Below, piece after piece: positions 9,228 through 19,285 of a stretch of 64,000 nucleotides of DNA. The notes under the pieces are model-generated. The model did no database searches. It saw only the letters and a program-made list of their open reading frames with translations, and was not told the origin of the DNA. The first letter of the stretch is position 1, and the number at the start of each line of letters is the position of its first letter. The DNA is from an uncultured virus (IMG/VR IMGVR_UViG_3300009658_000598) (Duplodnaviria; Heunggongvirae; Uroviricota; Caudoviricetes), in IMG/VR virus record IMGVR_UViG_3300009658_000598; one strand, written 5' to 3'. A program made the translations under genes and the position numbers.

Positions 9228-11113
9228 GTTTTCTCACTTCCATCGTAAAAATAATATTTCAAACTACCGTCCTTCTGGACTATGATCGCTTTGACTTGCT
9301 TCGCAAACTCAGAGGCATCAAATTCTTCTGTACCCATAATGTAAGCGGATACGGTTCGCAGATTGCAGTCTGCCAAGTCCTGTGCGTTGCACTCTGTTCT
9401 GACTTTTGATTTGCCTGGGCAATACCAATAGTGGTACTTTCCGTAGCTGCAATACCTGCGAAGTACATTCCCACAGATGCCGCATCTGATTTTTCCGATA
9501 AACTCGTCTGTCGAGGTGCTTTGATGAACATTCACTCTAAGTTTTAATGTTTCAAAGTGCTTGACCATGCCGTCTTTCAGATAAAAATCGATACTGCCTG
9601 TTTTCTGGACTACCATCTTTTCTACGGTTGCGGTGAAAAACTCATCATCAAAGGACTTTTTCTGCATCACTTTACAGAAGATTTCTCTGATTTCCGTATC
9701 TGCATAGTTCACGCTGTCGCAGGTAATGCCATGCTGGTGCTTTGCTCTGCAGCTCCAATATAAATGTCCGCCGTCTTTCGTGGTACTTATGGCTCTGCCA
9801 TACCGCTTGCCGCACATCCCACAGAAGATTTTCCCATCCAATAAGTTGTGCGGTATTTTTAGTACTTTTTCCTTTTTGACCTTCACAGGCTTTGGTGGCA
9901 TTTTCCATGTTTTTGTTTCGCCGCCCTTGAACTGCATCTGAACATCTCCGCCATCCAGCACAGTGATGCTGTTGACTGCTTCATTGAACTTCTGCTCGTC
10001 AAATCCATCCGTTCCCATTAGCTCTGCACATATTTCTTGGAGCTTTGGCTCCGTAAAACTCTGACTTCCGCAGTTCATACCTTTTTCCTTCTTACTGCGG
10101 CACAGCCATCTTGCACATTGAGTTTCTTTTGCGGCTGCTACCCTTGCGTATGATCTGCCGCAGATACCGCACTTTATCTTTCTGGTAAATGGGTAGGTCG
10201 GATTTTGCATCGACTCTCTACGCCTATGCTCAGCAAGTACTAATTCATAGGTTTCCTTGTCGATAATGGCTTCATGAGCATCCTCGATAATATACTGTGG
10301 CAGAACACCATCATTGATGACCTTTTTCCCTAAAATGGGGTCTGGTATGTAGGATTTCTGTCTGCGGATAATTCCTGCATAAATATCGTTATGCAAAAGT
10401 TGCCTTACCGTAGATTTATTAAAGAGCTTGTCGTTGATTGTGCGGTATCCTGCATCATTCATATTTTTTGCAATATTTCGCAGTGTTGTGCCGTCAAGGT
10501 ACATTCGAAACATCCATCGCACCATTTCGGCTTCTTCAGGAACTACCATGTAGCATTTCTGTTTCTCATCGTATTGGTAGCCACTTAGGTGCTTATTTGC
10601 CATACCAATCTCACCGGACTGAAAACGCTTGCGGATACCCCATTTACAGTTGTCTGAAATGGAACGGCTTTCTTCCTGTGCAAAGGATGCCAGGATGGAA
10701 AGCATCAGTTCTCCGTCACCGCTCATGGAATTGATATGCTCTTTTTCAAATCGCACTTCCACACCGAGACTTTTCAAATGCCGTACCGTTTCCAGAAGGT
10801 CAACCGTATTTCTTGCAAATCGGCTGATGGACTTTGTAAGGATAATGTCGATTTTCCCATCTTCGCAGTCCTGCAGCATTCGGCAGAACTCGTCACGCTT
10901 TGCAACCTTTGTGCCAGATATGCCATAATCTGCATATACCCCTGCGTACTGCCAGTCAGGATTCTTTTGAATCATACTGCTGTAATAGCTGACCTGTGCC
11001 GATGCGGAATGCAGTAAACGTTCGGTGTCTCTTGACACTCTGGCATAAGCTGCAACCTTTTTCTTAGGCTTTATAGCCGCCGCTTTGGGTTCAATTTTGC
11101 TTATCTTTCGCAT
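9212..11113 (-). CDS. Large serine recombinase 2 with triplicated zinc-ribbon modules
   Basis: AYARVSRD, SRFARNT; three KIxCGxCG modules. Confidence 0.92.
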   Translation of the reverse strand: MRKISKIEPKAAAIKPKKKVAAYARVSRDTERLLHSASAQVSYYSSMIQKNPDWQYAGVYADYGISGTKVAKRDEFCRMLQDCEDGKIDIILTKSISRFARNTVDLLETVRHLKSLGVEVRFEKEHINSMSGDGELMLSILASFAQEESRSISDNCKWGIRKRFQSGEIGMANKHLSGYQYDEKQKCYMVVPEEAEMVRWMFRMYLDGTTLRNIAKNMNDAGYRTINDKLFNKSTVRQLLHNDIYAGIIRRQKSYIPDPILGKKVINDGVLPQYIIEDAHEAIIDKETYELVLAEHRRRESMQNPTYPFTRKIKCGICGRSYARVAAAKETQCARWLCRSKKEKGMNCGSQSFTEPKLQEICAELMGTDGFDEQKFNEAVNSITVLDGGDVQMQFKGGETKTWKMPPKPVKVKKEKVLKIPHNLLDGKIFCGMCGKRYGRAISTTKDGGHLYWSCRAKHQHGITCDSVNYADTEIREIFCKVMQKKSFDDEFFTATVEKMVVQKTGSIDFYLKDGMVKHFETLKLRVNVHQSTSTDEFIGKIRCGICGNVLRRYCSYGKYHYWYCPGKSKVRTECNAQDLADCNLRTVSAYIMGTEEFDASEFAKQVKAIIVQKDGSLKYYFYDGSEKTWQKM

Positions 11114-11133
11114 AGAATCACTCCTTGTCAGCA

Positions 11134-11334
11134 TCATATATTCCCGTACTTTTCGGCATTTATCAAGTCAATGTCGGCAAATAATGTACCCGAACTTGGA
11201 GCGTATTTTTCGGTAAAAATTGTATCAATTTGACGGTATTCATCCTCAGTGATAAGGCATTGTCGAAGCATAGAACGAGCCATCGCCATCGTTGCCTGAT
11301 ACAGTTTTTCTCTCTCCATTTCTTCCTTAGACAT
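11134..11334 (-). CDS. Small SHOCT-like protein of the recombinase operon
   Basis: 66 aa, CLITEDEYRQI motif; coupled to neighbours. Confidence 0.6.
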   Translation of the reverse strand: MSKEEMEREKLYQATMAMARSMLRQCLITEDEYRQIDTIFTEKYAPSSGTLFADIDLINAEKYGNI

Positions 11335-11728
11335 TGCCGCCACCCCCGAATCTGTCCTCGATATAGCACTCGTGGCAGCAATACTTCCGATGAGCGTTTC
11401 CATAAGCTGTGAACGGCTTTTTACAGCAGGCACATACGAATTCGTAATTTGCTTTTTTATCCACACGGTCGAGATGCTCATTCCACCATTTCATACGACA
11501 TTTGTCAGAGCAGAACTTCCTCTGTTTTCTGCCAGTAGATACTCTTATCGATTTGCCACAGCATGGGCAAATACTATCCTGCACATCTGTTTGGTTTTCT
11601 TCCGGTTTGTTCCGCTTGTAAAAGCTTTTGATTGTATTCTCCGACAGCCCCATCAACTGACCGATTTTCTTATAACCAAAGCCGTCTCTTTTGTAGGCTA
11701 TGATTTGTTCTTTTTGCTCATTTGTCAC
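11327..11728 (-). CDS. HTH plus zinc-finger DNA-binding protein
   Basis: GYKKIGQLMGLSENTIKS HTH; CPCC, FCSDKC, CACC, YCCHEC motifs; GGAGGT RBS. Confidence 0.75.
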   Translation of the reverse strand: MTNEQKEQIIAYKRDGFGYKKIGQLMGLSENTIKSFYKRNKPEENQTDVQDSICPCCGKSIRVSTGRKQRKFCSDKCRMKWWNEHLDRVDKKANYEFVCACCKKPFTAYGNAHRKYCCHECYIEDRFGGGGNV

Positions 11729-11805
11729 AATCGCAGACCTCCAATCATCAAGGGTTGTTCCTTCGATTCATAGTTTAATCGTTAATTAGTTCTCCCTTTG
11801 ACAGC

Positions 11806-11836
11806 TATGTATTGGAATCTGCAATTATTCCGTTTT
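11806..11836 (-). promoter_or_regulatory. Conserved phage promoter motif, copy upstream of the recombinase operon
   Basis: AAAACGGAA-N14-AATACATA, identical to three copies at 45.4-45.6 kb. Confidence 0.7.
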
Positions 11837-11841
11837 GCGGC

Positions 11842-11886
11842 AAAAAAATAATGCCCACCAAGGAAACGGCTCCTTGATGGGCATTA
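11842..11886 (-). terminator. Late (lysis) operon terminator
   Basis: TAATGCCCATCAAGGA/TCCTTGGTGGGCATTA stem plus T-run. Confidence 0.85.
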
Positions 11887-11905
11887 CAGCAATGTTGTTA
11901 TTCAG

Positions 11906-12760
11906 TTATCTGAGCAGTTCATTGACTCGATTCTGTACCGCATTATAATCATAACCCGCATCGGTCAGTTTCTGTTTACGTTCTGCACCGTTGCCCCATT
12001 TACCCTGAATCACTTCACGGGCGATTTCGTCAATGGATTTCTTCGCCGGATATACCTGTTTACCACTGCTGTCAAAAACAGAATATCCTGCTTTGCAGGC
12101 TTTCTTGGCATTTTCCAGAGAAGAAAAAGCACCAATCTGCGATTTAGCGTCAGACCATGTCTTTCTCACTCTGTAAAGCTGTTTAGAAGTAGCTGTCGCA
12201 GAAGAACCGGAGTACATGTACGACTGCACCTTTGCTTTGAACTTATCCCAGTGAGGAAGAATGTATGCAGGACAGTATTTTCTGCTGTACCAGTAGTTAT
12301 GAGTGTAAAGGCAATCAATTGACAGCTTGTATTTATTAAGCAATGCTGCCGCCAGTCTTGCACAGTTATCCTCGGACTTTTTATCCTTATCGTTGTAGGC
12401 GGAGGACATAATGCACTCAATCGCAATGGTTCTGCGGTTGCCGTTTCCGCTACCATCAGCAGCGTGCCAGCCACTAAGGCTGAGAGGCAGATCCTGCCAC
12501 GCACAGACGTTGTCAACGTAATAATGCACTCTGACATCTTTCATATTGCCGTTCACAGTAGCACGAGTGTACTGTTCCGCAGAAGTAGTTCCTGCCGCAG
12601 TTGTAATCCAATCGGTGTTGTGAACAGTAATACCAATAATTTTGCCCTCCATGGAAACGGAGGGCATATCGATGTTGTTTGGATTGTGTTTTGTGAGTAA
12701 GTACTCATTGACGGTGACACCGCCGAGGGTTGTTGTTTTATCAGGTTTTAAGATAGCCAT
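11906..12760 (-). CDS. Endolysin: amidase_2 plus Cpl-7 cell-wall-binding repeat
   Basis: ITVHNT, VHYYVD, WHAADG, IAIE, CP motifs; C-terminal SIDEIAREVIQGKWGNGAERK. Confidence 0.9.
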   Translation of the reverse strand: MAILKPDKTTTLGGVTVNEYLLTKHNPNNIDMPSVSMEGKIIGITVHNTDWITTAAGTTSAEQYTRATVNGNMKDVRVHYYVDNVCAWQDLPLSLSGWHAADGSGNGNRRTIAIECIMSSAYNDKDKKSEDNCARLAAALLNKYKLSIDCLYTHNYWYSRKYCPAYILPHWDKFKAKVQSYMYSGSSATATSKQLYRVRKTWSDAKSQIGAFSSLENAKKACKAGYSVFDSSGKQVYPAKKSIDEIAREVIQGKWGNGAERKQKLTDAGYDYNAVQNRVNELLR

Positions 12761-12761
12761 A

Positions 12762-13202
12762 TTATTCGTCCTCCTTGTCGTTTTTCTCTTCTATTCTGCC
12801 AACTTTTGTTTGCAGAACATCGATTGCTTTTTTGATTGCGGGTGGAAAAGGGACTCCCATAAGTGATGTATTTTCTACAATAGACAGCAGTTCATTCAGA
12901 CAAAAGCTAATGCAGACGGCATCACGAATGTAAGTCGTACCGAGCAGAATATCCATTCTCACTGCAACAGCAATAAGGAGCAAGGTGCAGACCTTTTTTG
13001 CAAGTCCGAACCAGCCCGCTTTTGAGGACAAACCTCCGCTGTCAGTGTGCTTTGATTTGCCCATGGCTGCAGTGACCACACCTGTAAAGAAGTCCACTCC
13101 CATAAATACAATAAGAGTAACAAGTGCAGAATCCCAGCCGCCAAGCAGTGTGGTGATGAAGCCACCAACAATGCCAGCAATCATACAGATCCATTCTTTC
13201 AT
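12762..13202 (-). CDS. Phage holin
   Basis: Three hydrophobic segments, LLGGWD and NELLSIVEN motifs; directly upstream of the endolysin. Confidence 0.85.
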   Translation of the reverse strand: MKEWICMIAGIVGGFITTLLGGWDSALVTLIVFMGVDFFTGVVTAAMGKSKHTDSGGLSSKAGWFGLAKKVCTLLLIAVAVRMDILLGTTYIRDAVCISFCLNELLSIVENTSLMGVPFPPAIKKAIDVLQTKVGRIEEKNDKEDE

Positions 13203-13207
13203 AAACA

Positions 13208-14656
13208 TCACCCTTTCAGAAATTTGATTGATTTTATCATCGGATGTGAGTTGTCCGATGTGCCATTGAAGGCAAGATAATATTCTCCATCCGGTACATT
13301 CTCCAGTGACTGCATCACGGAAATATATGTATCGGAATAAAGCCATTTGAATGATAACTCCACTGCATTGCCTGCCTGTATTTCTTCATAGATATACTGA
13401 GCAAGTTCAGAGCCTGTTTTATCGATTTTTCTCACAAGATAGAATTCTGCATCCTGCGATGCTCCTACTGTATAACTGAGAATCATATGCATGGAAGAAG
13501 TCAGAACAACAGGTGTCAGACAGAGGACAAATACAGTCCCAGCCCAGCTGAAATCAGTCTGGTTGAAGTAAATCGCATAGTCATTTTCAGCACAGCAGAA
13601 ATGCGGATAGCTTTCCGCAAAACCTGAAAGAGAACGGTAACCGTCATTGTAATAGGTGTAGATGTTCTCGCCATAAGTGGTAAGTGCATCGGTGCCGGAT
13701 TCAAAAAGAACTGTATAGCTAACGGAGGTTGAGTTATTGATGAGATTCTCCAAGTATGCTGCATTTTCCTCAAGCTTTTGCAACTCGTCTTTGGTGGCGT
13801 AATTGGACAGGTCAACTTCGGGTGCGTTTTTTCCGTCAGCACCTTTCAGAGAGGCAAGCCATTCTGTTTCTGTTCCGGTAAATCCATGCTCTACAGCAAT
13901 TATGTATGCGGATTTGCCATCTGTTCCGTTAACTCCCGGTTCACCGTCGATGCCATCTTTGCCGGGCAGTCCGTTAGCACCGTCCTTTCCGTCAACTCCA
14001 TCTCTTCCATCTGAACCTTTCAGGCTTTCCAACCATTCAGATTCTGTTCCGATGAAACCATTTGCAACAGCAATTTCATAGGCAGATTTTCCATCTATTC
14101 CGTTGACTCCGTCATGACCGTCTGAACCATTCTTACCATCAATACCGTCCTTGCCTGGTAGACCGTCAGTACCTTTCAAGCTTTCCAACCATTCCGTTTC
14201 AGTTCCAACAAATCCATTTTCAATTGCTATCTGATATGCTGATTCTCCGTCTTTTCCTTTCTCGCTGATTTTCTGCAAGAGCTGTGTATACAAATCCGGT
14301 GTTGGAGGAATCGGACTGTTGTCATCATCTCCCACAAATCCGGATTGACGGATATTCAGCGTGACCGGAACAGTAGTTGCCCTCAGACCTTCCGTATTCT
14401 CTGCATCATAACCAAACACAGATATTTTCACCGCACCTGCATGAAGCTCTGCAGGTAGTAAACAAGACAAACCATCCATTCCAAGTACTCTATTGTAGGT
14501 TTCATCGCACTGCGTAAACTGTACCACCTTATGAAAATTCTTCCAGTCACCGTCAAAGGTAAATTTCAGCGTGACAAATGCAATCTGGTCGGATGCGATG
14601 ATCTCACGCTCCAGAATTTCAATTTTCTGTTGTCTGACTAAAAATTTCAGCATCAA
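13208..14656 (-). CDS. Tail fibre with collagen-like repeats
   Basis: G-X-D triplets and three GxSAYxIAxxxGFxGTExEWLxSLKG repeats; baseplate-like N-terminus. Confidence 0.75.
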   Translation of the reverse strand: MMLKFLVRQQKIEILEREIIASDQIAFVTLKFTFDGDWKNFHKVVQFTQCDETYNRVLGMDGLSCLLPAELHAGAVKISVFGYDAENTEGLRATTVPVTLNIRQSGFVGDDDNSPIPPTPDLYTQLLQKISEKGKDGESAYQIAIENGFVGTETEWLESLKGTDGLPGKDGIDGKNGSDGHDGVNGIDGKSAYEIAVANGFIGTESEWLESLKGSDGRDGVDGKDGANGLPGKDGIDGEPGVNGTDGKSAYIIAVEHGFTGTETEWLASLKGADGKNAPEVDLSNYATKDELQKLEENAAYLENLINNSTSVSYTVLFESGTDALTTYGENIYTYYNDGYRSLSGFAESYPHFCCAENDYAIYFNQTDFSWAGTVFVLCLTPVVLTSSMHMILSYTVGASQDAEFYLVRKIDKTGSELAQYIYEEIQAGNAVELSFKWLYSDTYISVMQSLENVPDGEYYLAFNGTSDNSHPMIKSIKFLKG

Positions 14657-16026
14657 CTCTTCACCTCAATCCACGTATAATTTTCAGTATCGTATTCCAG
14701 ATATCCATCTGTACACTGAATTTTCTTCAGATAGTCATTGTAATAATGCTGACCGGAGGACATCCAGTTGTTCGGCTTTTGAATGGCATTCCATTGTGCA
14801 ATCGTGCCTTCATAAGTAATGGTTTCAAGGCTGCTGCAATAGGTTATGACATTAGCACCGATAGACTTGCATTTTGCAGAAATTGTCAGACTGGAAAGTG
14901 CAGAACAGGAAGTGAACATAAACGAGCCAATCAGACTGCTGTCGATCCGAGCCGTTTTCAGCTTTGCACAATCACGGAATACATAATCTCCAATTTCTGT
15001 CACGCTCGCCGGAATGATGATCTCTGTCAGCTTTGTTCCGGAAAATGCCCATTTTCCAATTGATTTCACGCTTGCCGGAATCGTAATTTCTTCCAGACCA
15101 CGAACAACACCCACCATATCTTCAAATATTGTAAACACAGATTCTCCGATAGAAGTGACCGTATCCGGTAAAGATACTGTTTTCAGATTGTCGCAGTCGG
15201 CAAAAATTTTATTTCCGATTTTGGTAATGCCGGAAGAAACTGTGATACTCTGCACCACTTGATTTCCATCAAATGGCGAGGAGTTGCTTGAAGAATAATC
15301 ATAAGTTGCGCCGCTGCCATACAGCTTCAAAGAGCCGTCAGAATACAATGCATAAAAAGCATTCTCTCCACACTGTCCCGCAGAAACCAGAATGACACCT
15401 GTTGTACCGCAGATTTCCTCTACTTCTGCTAAACGTTCCTGAAATTCTGCAACACGATTGTTCAGTTCTGTAACAGTTTTATTGTAGCTGTCTAAAGCGG
15501 CAAGAATTTCTGAAACCTTGCATTTTCCAAGAATACACTTCACATAACCGCACTTCTTTTCATCACTGCGGTAATCCTTGATATTGGACTGAGAAATGCT
15601 TGTGATACCGCCATTCAAACGGACTGACGCAAGTGTCAGATAAGTTTTCGTGTCTGTATTTTCAAAGGCAGGGACAGACGGAGAAGTTGCTGCCGTGCCG
15701 GATTTTACTTCCAGCTTGCAGGCACGAACAGAATCACTCACATCACAGCTGATGCCAATGGTTACATAACGGCTCAGGGATTCATCAACATACTGCCGCA
15801 GGTCAAGTGTATACGCCATGTCATTGATGAAATAATGACCTCCAATCCACGCTTTTCCTGTGCCGATAACAACAGATAAATTGCCGCTTGCGGTCACTAA
15901 AAAGTTATCCCCGTATGTATCAAGAATGCCGTTACAGATCAGACTGGACAGGTAGCTTGTGAAATCTTCTGCGGTATACACCCTGTCCAGATTCTTTGCA
16001 TTGAAAAATCCATATGAAAATGCCAT
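14653..16026 (-). CDS. Tail/baseplate protein with C-terminal BspA-type leucine-rich repeats
   Basis: Phage-type N-terminus (GFFNAKNLDRVYTAEDF); LxxIxIPxSVxxIGxxAF repeats. Confidence 0.75.
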   Translation of the reverse strand: MAFSYGFFNAKNLDRVYTAEDFTSYLSSLICNGILDTYGDNFLVTASGNLSVVIGTGKAWIGGHYFINDMAYTLDLRQYVDESLSRYVTIGISCDVSDSVRACKLEVKSGTAATSPSVPAFENTDTKTYLTLASVRLNGGITSISQSNIKDYRSDEKKCGYVKCILGKCKVSEILAALDSYNKTVTELNNRVAEFQERLAEVEEICGTTGVILVSAGQCGENAFYALYSDGSLKLYGSGATYDYSSSNSSPFDGNQVVQSITVSSGITKIGNKIFADCDNLKTVSLPDTVTSIGESVFTIFEDMVGVVRGLEEITIPASVKSIGKWAFSGTKLTEIIIPASVTEIGDYVFRDCAKLKTARIDSSLIGSFMFTSCSALSSLTISAKCKSIGANVITYCSSLETITYEGTIAQWNAIQKPNNWMSSGQHYYNDYLKKIQCTDGYLEYDTENYTWIEVKS

Positions 16027-16030
16027 AAAA

Positions 16031-17101
16031 TCACGCTCCTTTGAATGTTGGTGTTAAGCTCCGACCATTCTGGTCAAAGCTTTCAATCATGCCGATCAGC
16101 TGTATTTTCGGCAGTATCAAGCCAAATCGTGTATGTTCCACCGTCACATAATCGCCGACAAAATAATCTTTGTTGTACTGATACTGGTTGGAAAATGCTG
16201 CGATTGTGGATTCTGACACAATTTTTGGAGGGAACATATTTTCTGCACCGGATTCTTTTAATAGCTCCAGATATTCTGCATCGCTGACATCCTCCTCATG
16301 AGCCGTGTTTCGCTCGTCCACATACACTTCATAGCGATCAAGATAGGTTGGTTCTGAACCGGAATAATATGTTGTCCGCTTTCTTGCACTCCCTTCACCA
16401 CAACCGAAAATATATGCAAAATTCTTCTGAACGGAAGAATCCGCAGCGTAAGAGAAAGACAGCAGATTGTTATATGAATCCGAAAAGACAATATGCGGAT
16501 TTGCAGATTGCAGAATACTTCTGTCCGTTCCCTCAAATAAATCGCATTTCAGCGTATTGCCGTCCATGCGGATATTAGCAGATCCGCCGATGGTTTCACA
16601 AATGGTATACAGCCATTCCATCAGATTATCATAGCTGACCTGTAATCTTGTTTTGCCCTGCCAGCATTCGCCGCTAACTGTCCCCATGGAAAGTCCCGGT
16701 ATATTGCGGATTCCGGCAGAAATGGCATTTCGTGATAGCACACTCCGAACCATATTCTCGTATGTATCATTTGCCGAAAATGAAGGATAAATAATTCTTC
16801 GCTCCAGCAGGCAAGTGAGAAATCTGCCCGAAACAGTAAGGTAATCGCCGTCTTCTGCATTGGTTTCTATTTTTACGGATTCAATGATGCCAAAGTGCTC
16901 CTTATCATCATCTCTGCCAACAATTCTGCCCAATTGAAAAGTCTCCACATTCTGCGGATTGGCGGCAATGTACACTTCAAATGAACCGCACTGATAATAT
17001 TCCACGTCCCACAAAAGAGAGGAAAAGCTGTCGCAGATTGCAACAAGGTCAATGGAAATTTGATTCTCTTCTGCTGTTAAACTGTAAATTTCTATCTGCA
17101 T
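16031..17101 (-). CDS. Siphovirus minor tail protein (ReqiPepy6 gp37-like)
   Basis: Position after Dit; SLLWDVEYYQCGSFE and YQYNKDYFVGDYV motifs. Confidence 0.7.
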   Translation of the reverse strand: MQIEIYSLTAEENQISIDLVAICDSFSSLLWDVEYYQCGSFEVYIAANPQNVETFQLGRIVGRDDDKEHFGIIESVKIETNAEDGDYLTVSGRFLTCLLERRIIYPSFSANDTYENMVRSVLSRNAISAGIRNIPGLSMGTVSGECWQGKTRLQVSYDNLMEWLYTICETIGGSANIRMDGNTLKCDLFEGTDRSILQSANPHIVFSDSYNNLLSFSYAADSSVQKNFAYIFGCGEGSARKRTTYYSGSEPTYLDRYEVYVDERNTAHEEDVSDAEYLELLKESGAENMFPPKIVSESTIAAFSNQYQYNKDYFVGDYVTVEHTRFGLILPKIQLIGMIESFDQNGRSLTPTFKGA

Positions 17102-17102
17102 A

Positions 17103-17978
17103 TCACACCCCCAAGTAAGCATTTCTGTGCATCAGTGTGACTTTCAGATTTTTCACACCTCGCACCGCTTGCACATGAAATGTATTTTTGCCCTCACGAA
17201 GAGAAAGCCATGTTGAACCGGATACCAGTCGGTTGATGATATTGCTGTCCACACCGTTACGGGTAAGGGTAACGGTTTTATTGCCAGTTTTCGTAGTGAT
17301 TGTAATAACATCGCCTTTTAGAATATCGCCTTTGATTTGTAGGTATTCTCCGGTATCGGCATTATAGATAGTCGGGGTATATGCCGCAATTTCCGGCACG
17401 ATTTCACTTGATGAAGCCTCTATCTGAATCGTGAATCCTGTTTCATCACCGTCATTCTGTATGATAATGTTGTCCGTTGTGCTGTAAACGCCCAGTGGAA
17501 AAGGAGCATCACTTTTCGGAAACGGAAAATGGAATGCTCCAGTCACTTGGCTATAGTAGGCATAGACTGCAGATGTGCTGTACCAGTATGGATCAGGACA
17601 GATAATGCTGATTTGTCCACTTGTGAGGGCATCGAAGTTGCTAATCTCACAGGTTTCCACGTAACCTTCTGTGTATACATCTATTCCGGCGGTCTTGTAG
17701 TAAACCTTGATATATCTGGACGGCTTGACCACACGATACAGCAGATGTCTGCGTTTTTCAATATCAATCCCACGCATCTGAAAGGAGATAACCACATTTC
17801 TTTTTTCGATAAAGGCATTGTTGAGATATGAGCCGTCCATACCTGCATAGGTGGAGGTGCTGATTGTTCCAGCCGGAGGGTTGAGTCCTTCTATTTTTGA
17901 GAACATAAACTCGTTTGCTGTTTTGGAGAGGTCAATCTGCTGACCTGCTTCGTTTTCGAGGTATATCGTGTAGAACAA
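17103..17978 (-). CDS. Distal tail protein (Dit)
   Basis: Follows the tape measure gene; CPDPYWY, QNDGD, LREGKN motifs. Confidence 0.75.
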   Translation of the reverse strand: MFYTIYLENEAGQQIDLSKTANEFMFSKIEGLNPPAGTISTSTYAGMDGSYLNNAFIEKRNVVISFQMRGIDIEKRRHLLYRVVKPSRYIKVYYKTAGIDVYTEGYVETCEISNFDALTSGQISIICPDPYWYSTSAVYAYYSQVTGAFHFPFPKSDAPFPLGVYSTTDNIIIQNDGDETGFTIQIEASSSEIVPEIAAYTPTIYNADTGEYLQIKGDILKGDVITITTKTGNKTVTLTRNGVDSNIINRLVSGSTWLSLREGKNTFHVQAVRGVKNLKVTLMHRNAYLGV

Positions 17979-17996
17979 AGTTTCACCTGCCTTTCA

Positions 17997-18025
17997 TTGA
18001 CAAAAAGAAAATAACATGATATAAT
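17997..18025 (+). promoter_or_regulatory. Consensus sigmaA promoter of the MarR moron
   Basis: TTGACA-N17-TATAAT with TG; TGAAC-T-GTTCA palindrome just downstream. Confidence 0.8.
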
Positions 18026-18070
18026 ACTTCAAAAATGAACTGTTCAAAATAGAAACTTTAGGAGGAGCAT

Positions 18071-18505
18071 ATGAATTTTAGTATTGAGATTCCAAGAAAA
18101 ATTTCTATGGCATACAGTAAAGTGTGTAAACCTCTTTGTAAAGAGTTAGGTTTGTCACAGACCGCATTTGATATTATGATGTTTCTCGGAAACAATCCAA
18201 AATACAAAACAGCAAGAGATATTGTGGAAATACGGCACATCAAAGCCAATCTGGTATCGATAAATGTTGAACGTCTGGTTCAGGAAGGATACTTGATAAG
18301 ACAAGCTGTAAAAGATGACAGACGTAAAACAGAACTACTGTGCACAGAAAAAGCCAAACCAATGATACGACGAGGTCAGCAGCTACAAAAAATGTTTTTT
18401 GAAAAGCTGTTTGCTCATATTGATGATAATATGCGTGAAGTCTTTGAGGAAGTCGTGCAGGTTATCAGTGAAAATTCAGATGAAATTTTGGAGGGAAAAG
18501 AATGA
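18071..18505 (+). CDS. MarR-family regulator (moron)
   Basis: LVSINVERLVQEGYLIR...DDRR wing motif. Confidence 0.85.
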   Translation: MNFSIEIPRKISMAYSKVCKPLCKELGLSQTAFDIMMFLGNNPKYKTARDIVEIRHIKANLVSINVERLVQEGYLIRQAVKDDRRKTELLCTEKAKPMIRRGQQLQKMFFEKLFAHIDDNMREVFEEVVQVISENSDEILEGKE

Positions 18506-19281
18506 TGGAAACGATATTGACTGTTCTGGTTACATTTTTTGCAGGTATGGGTGCAGGACTTGGAACAGGATTTGCAGGACTGAGTGCTGCAGCTGTCATC
18601 AGTCCGATGCTGATTACTTTTTTAGGCATTGATCCTTATATGGCAGTAGGCATTGCACTTTCTTCTGATGTATTGGCAAGTGCAGTTTCAGCTTATACTT
18701 ATCATAAAAATAAAAATCTGGACATCAAAAACGGATTGATTATGATGGCAAGTGTACTTGTTTTTACGGTAGTCGGAAGCTATGCAGCAAGTCTTTTGCC
18801 GTCTGCAACAATGGGTGGTTTCTCTGTATTTATGACCTTCTTGTTGGGCATCAAATTCGTTGTACGTCCTGTGATGAATACCAAAGAATCCATGGCAGAA
18901 ACATCAGCTAAAAAACGTGTCATACAGTCCATCATCTGTGGAATAATTATTGGTTTTATCTGTGGATTCATCGGTGCAGGCGGAGGAATGATGATGCTTT
19001 TGATTCTGACCAGCATCATGGGATATGAACTGAAAACAGCTGTAGGCACAAGTGTATTCATTATGACTTTTACTGCATTGACAGGAGCTTTATCTCATTT
19101 TACAATTGGCGGCACACCGGATATTCTGACTTGGGTATTGTGTATTGTGTTTACGTTGATTTGGGCACGTATTGCAGCGGTATTCGCAAATAAGGCGAAA
19201 CCAAAAACATTAAACCGTGCTACCGGTGTTGTTCTTGTAGTGCTTGGCATTGTTATTATGGGATTTCAATTTCTGAATTAA
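18502..19281 (+). CDS. TauE/SafE (TSUP) family membrane transporter (moron)
   Basis: About 8 TM segments; GFIGAGGG and AVGTS motifs. Confidence 0.85.
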   Translation: MMETILTVLVTFFAGMGAGLGTGFAGLSAAAVISPMLITFLGIDPYMAVGIALSSDVLASAVSAYTYHKNKNLDIKNGLIMMASVLVFTVVGSYAASLLPSATMGGFSVFMTFLLGIKFVVRPVMNTKESMAETSAKKRVIQSIICGIIIGFICGFIGAGGGMMMLLILTSIMGYELKTAVGTSVFIMTFTALTGALSHFTIGGTPDILTWVLCIVFTLIWARIAAVFANKAKPKTLNRATGVVLVVLGIVIMGFQFLN

Positions 19282-19285
19282 CTTT

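Noticed and set aside
13200..13208. Holin dual start (Met-Phe-Met)
   Set aside because: The first ATG abuts the RBS, and no charged residue lies between the two starts.
13780..14260. Tail-fibre repeats as DGR or shufflon targets
   Set aside because: They are in-frame protein repeats; no reverse transcriptase, adenine-specific variation or invertase sites were seen.
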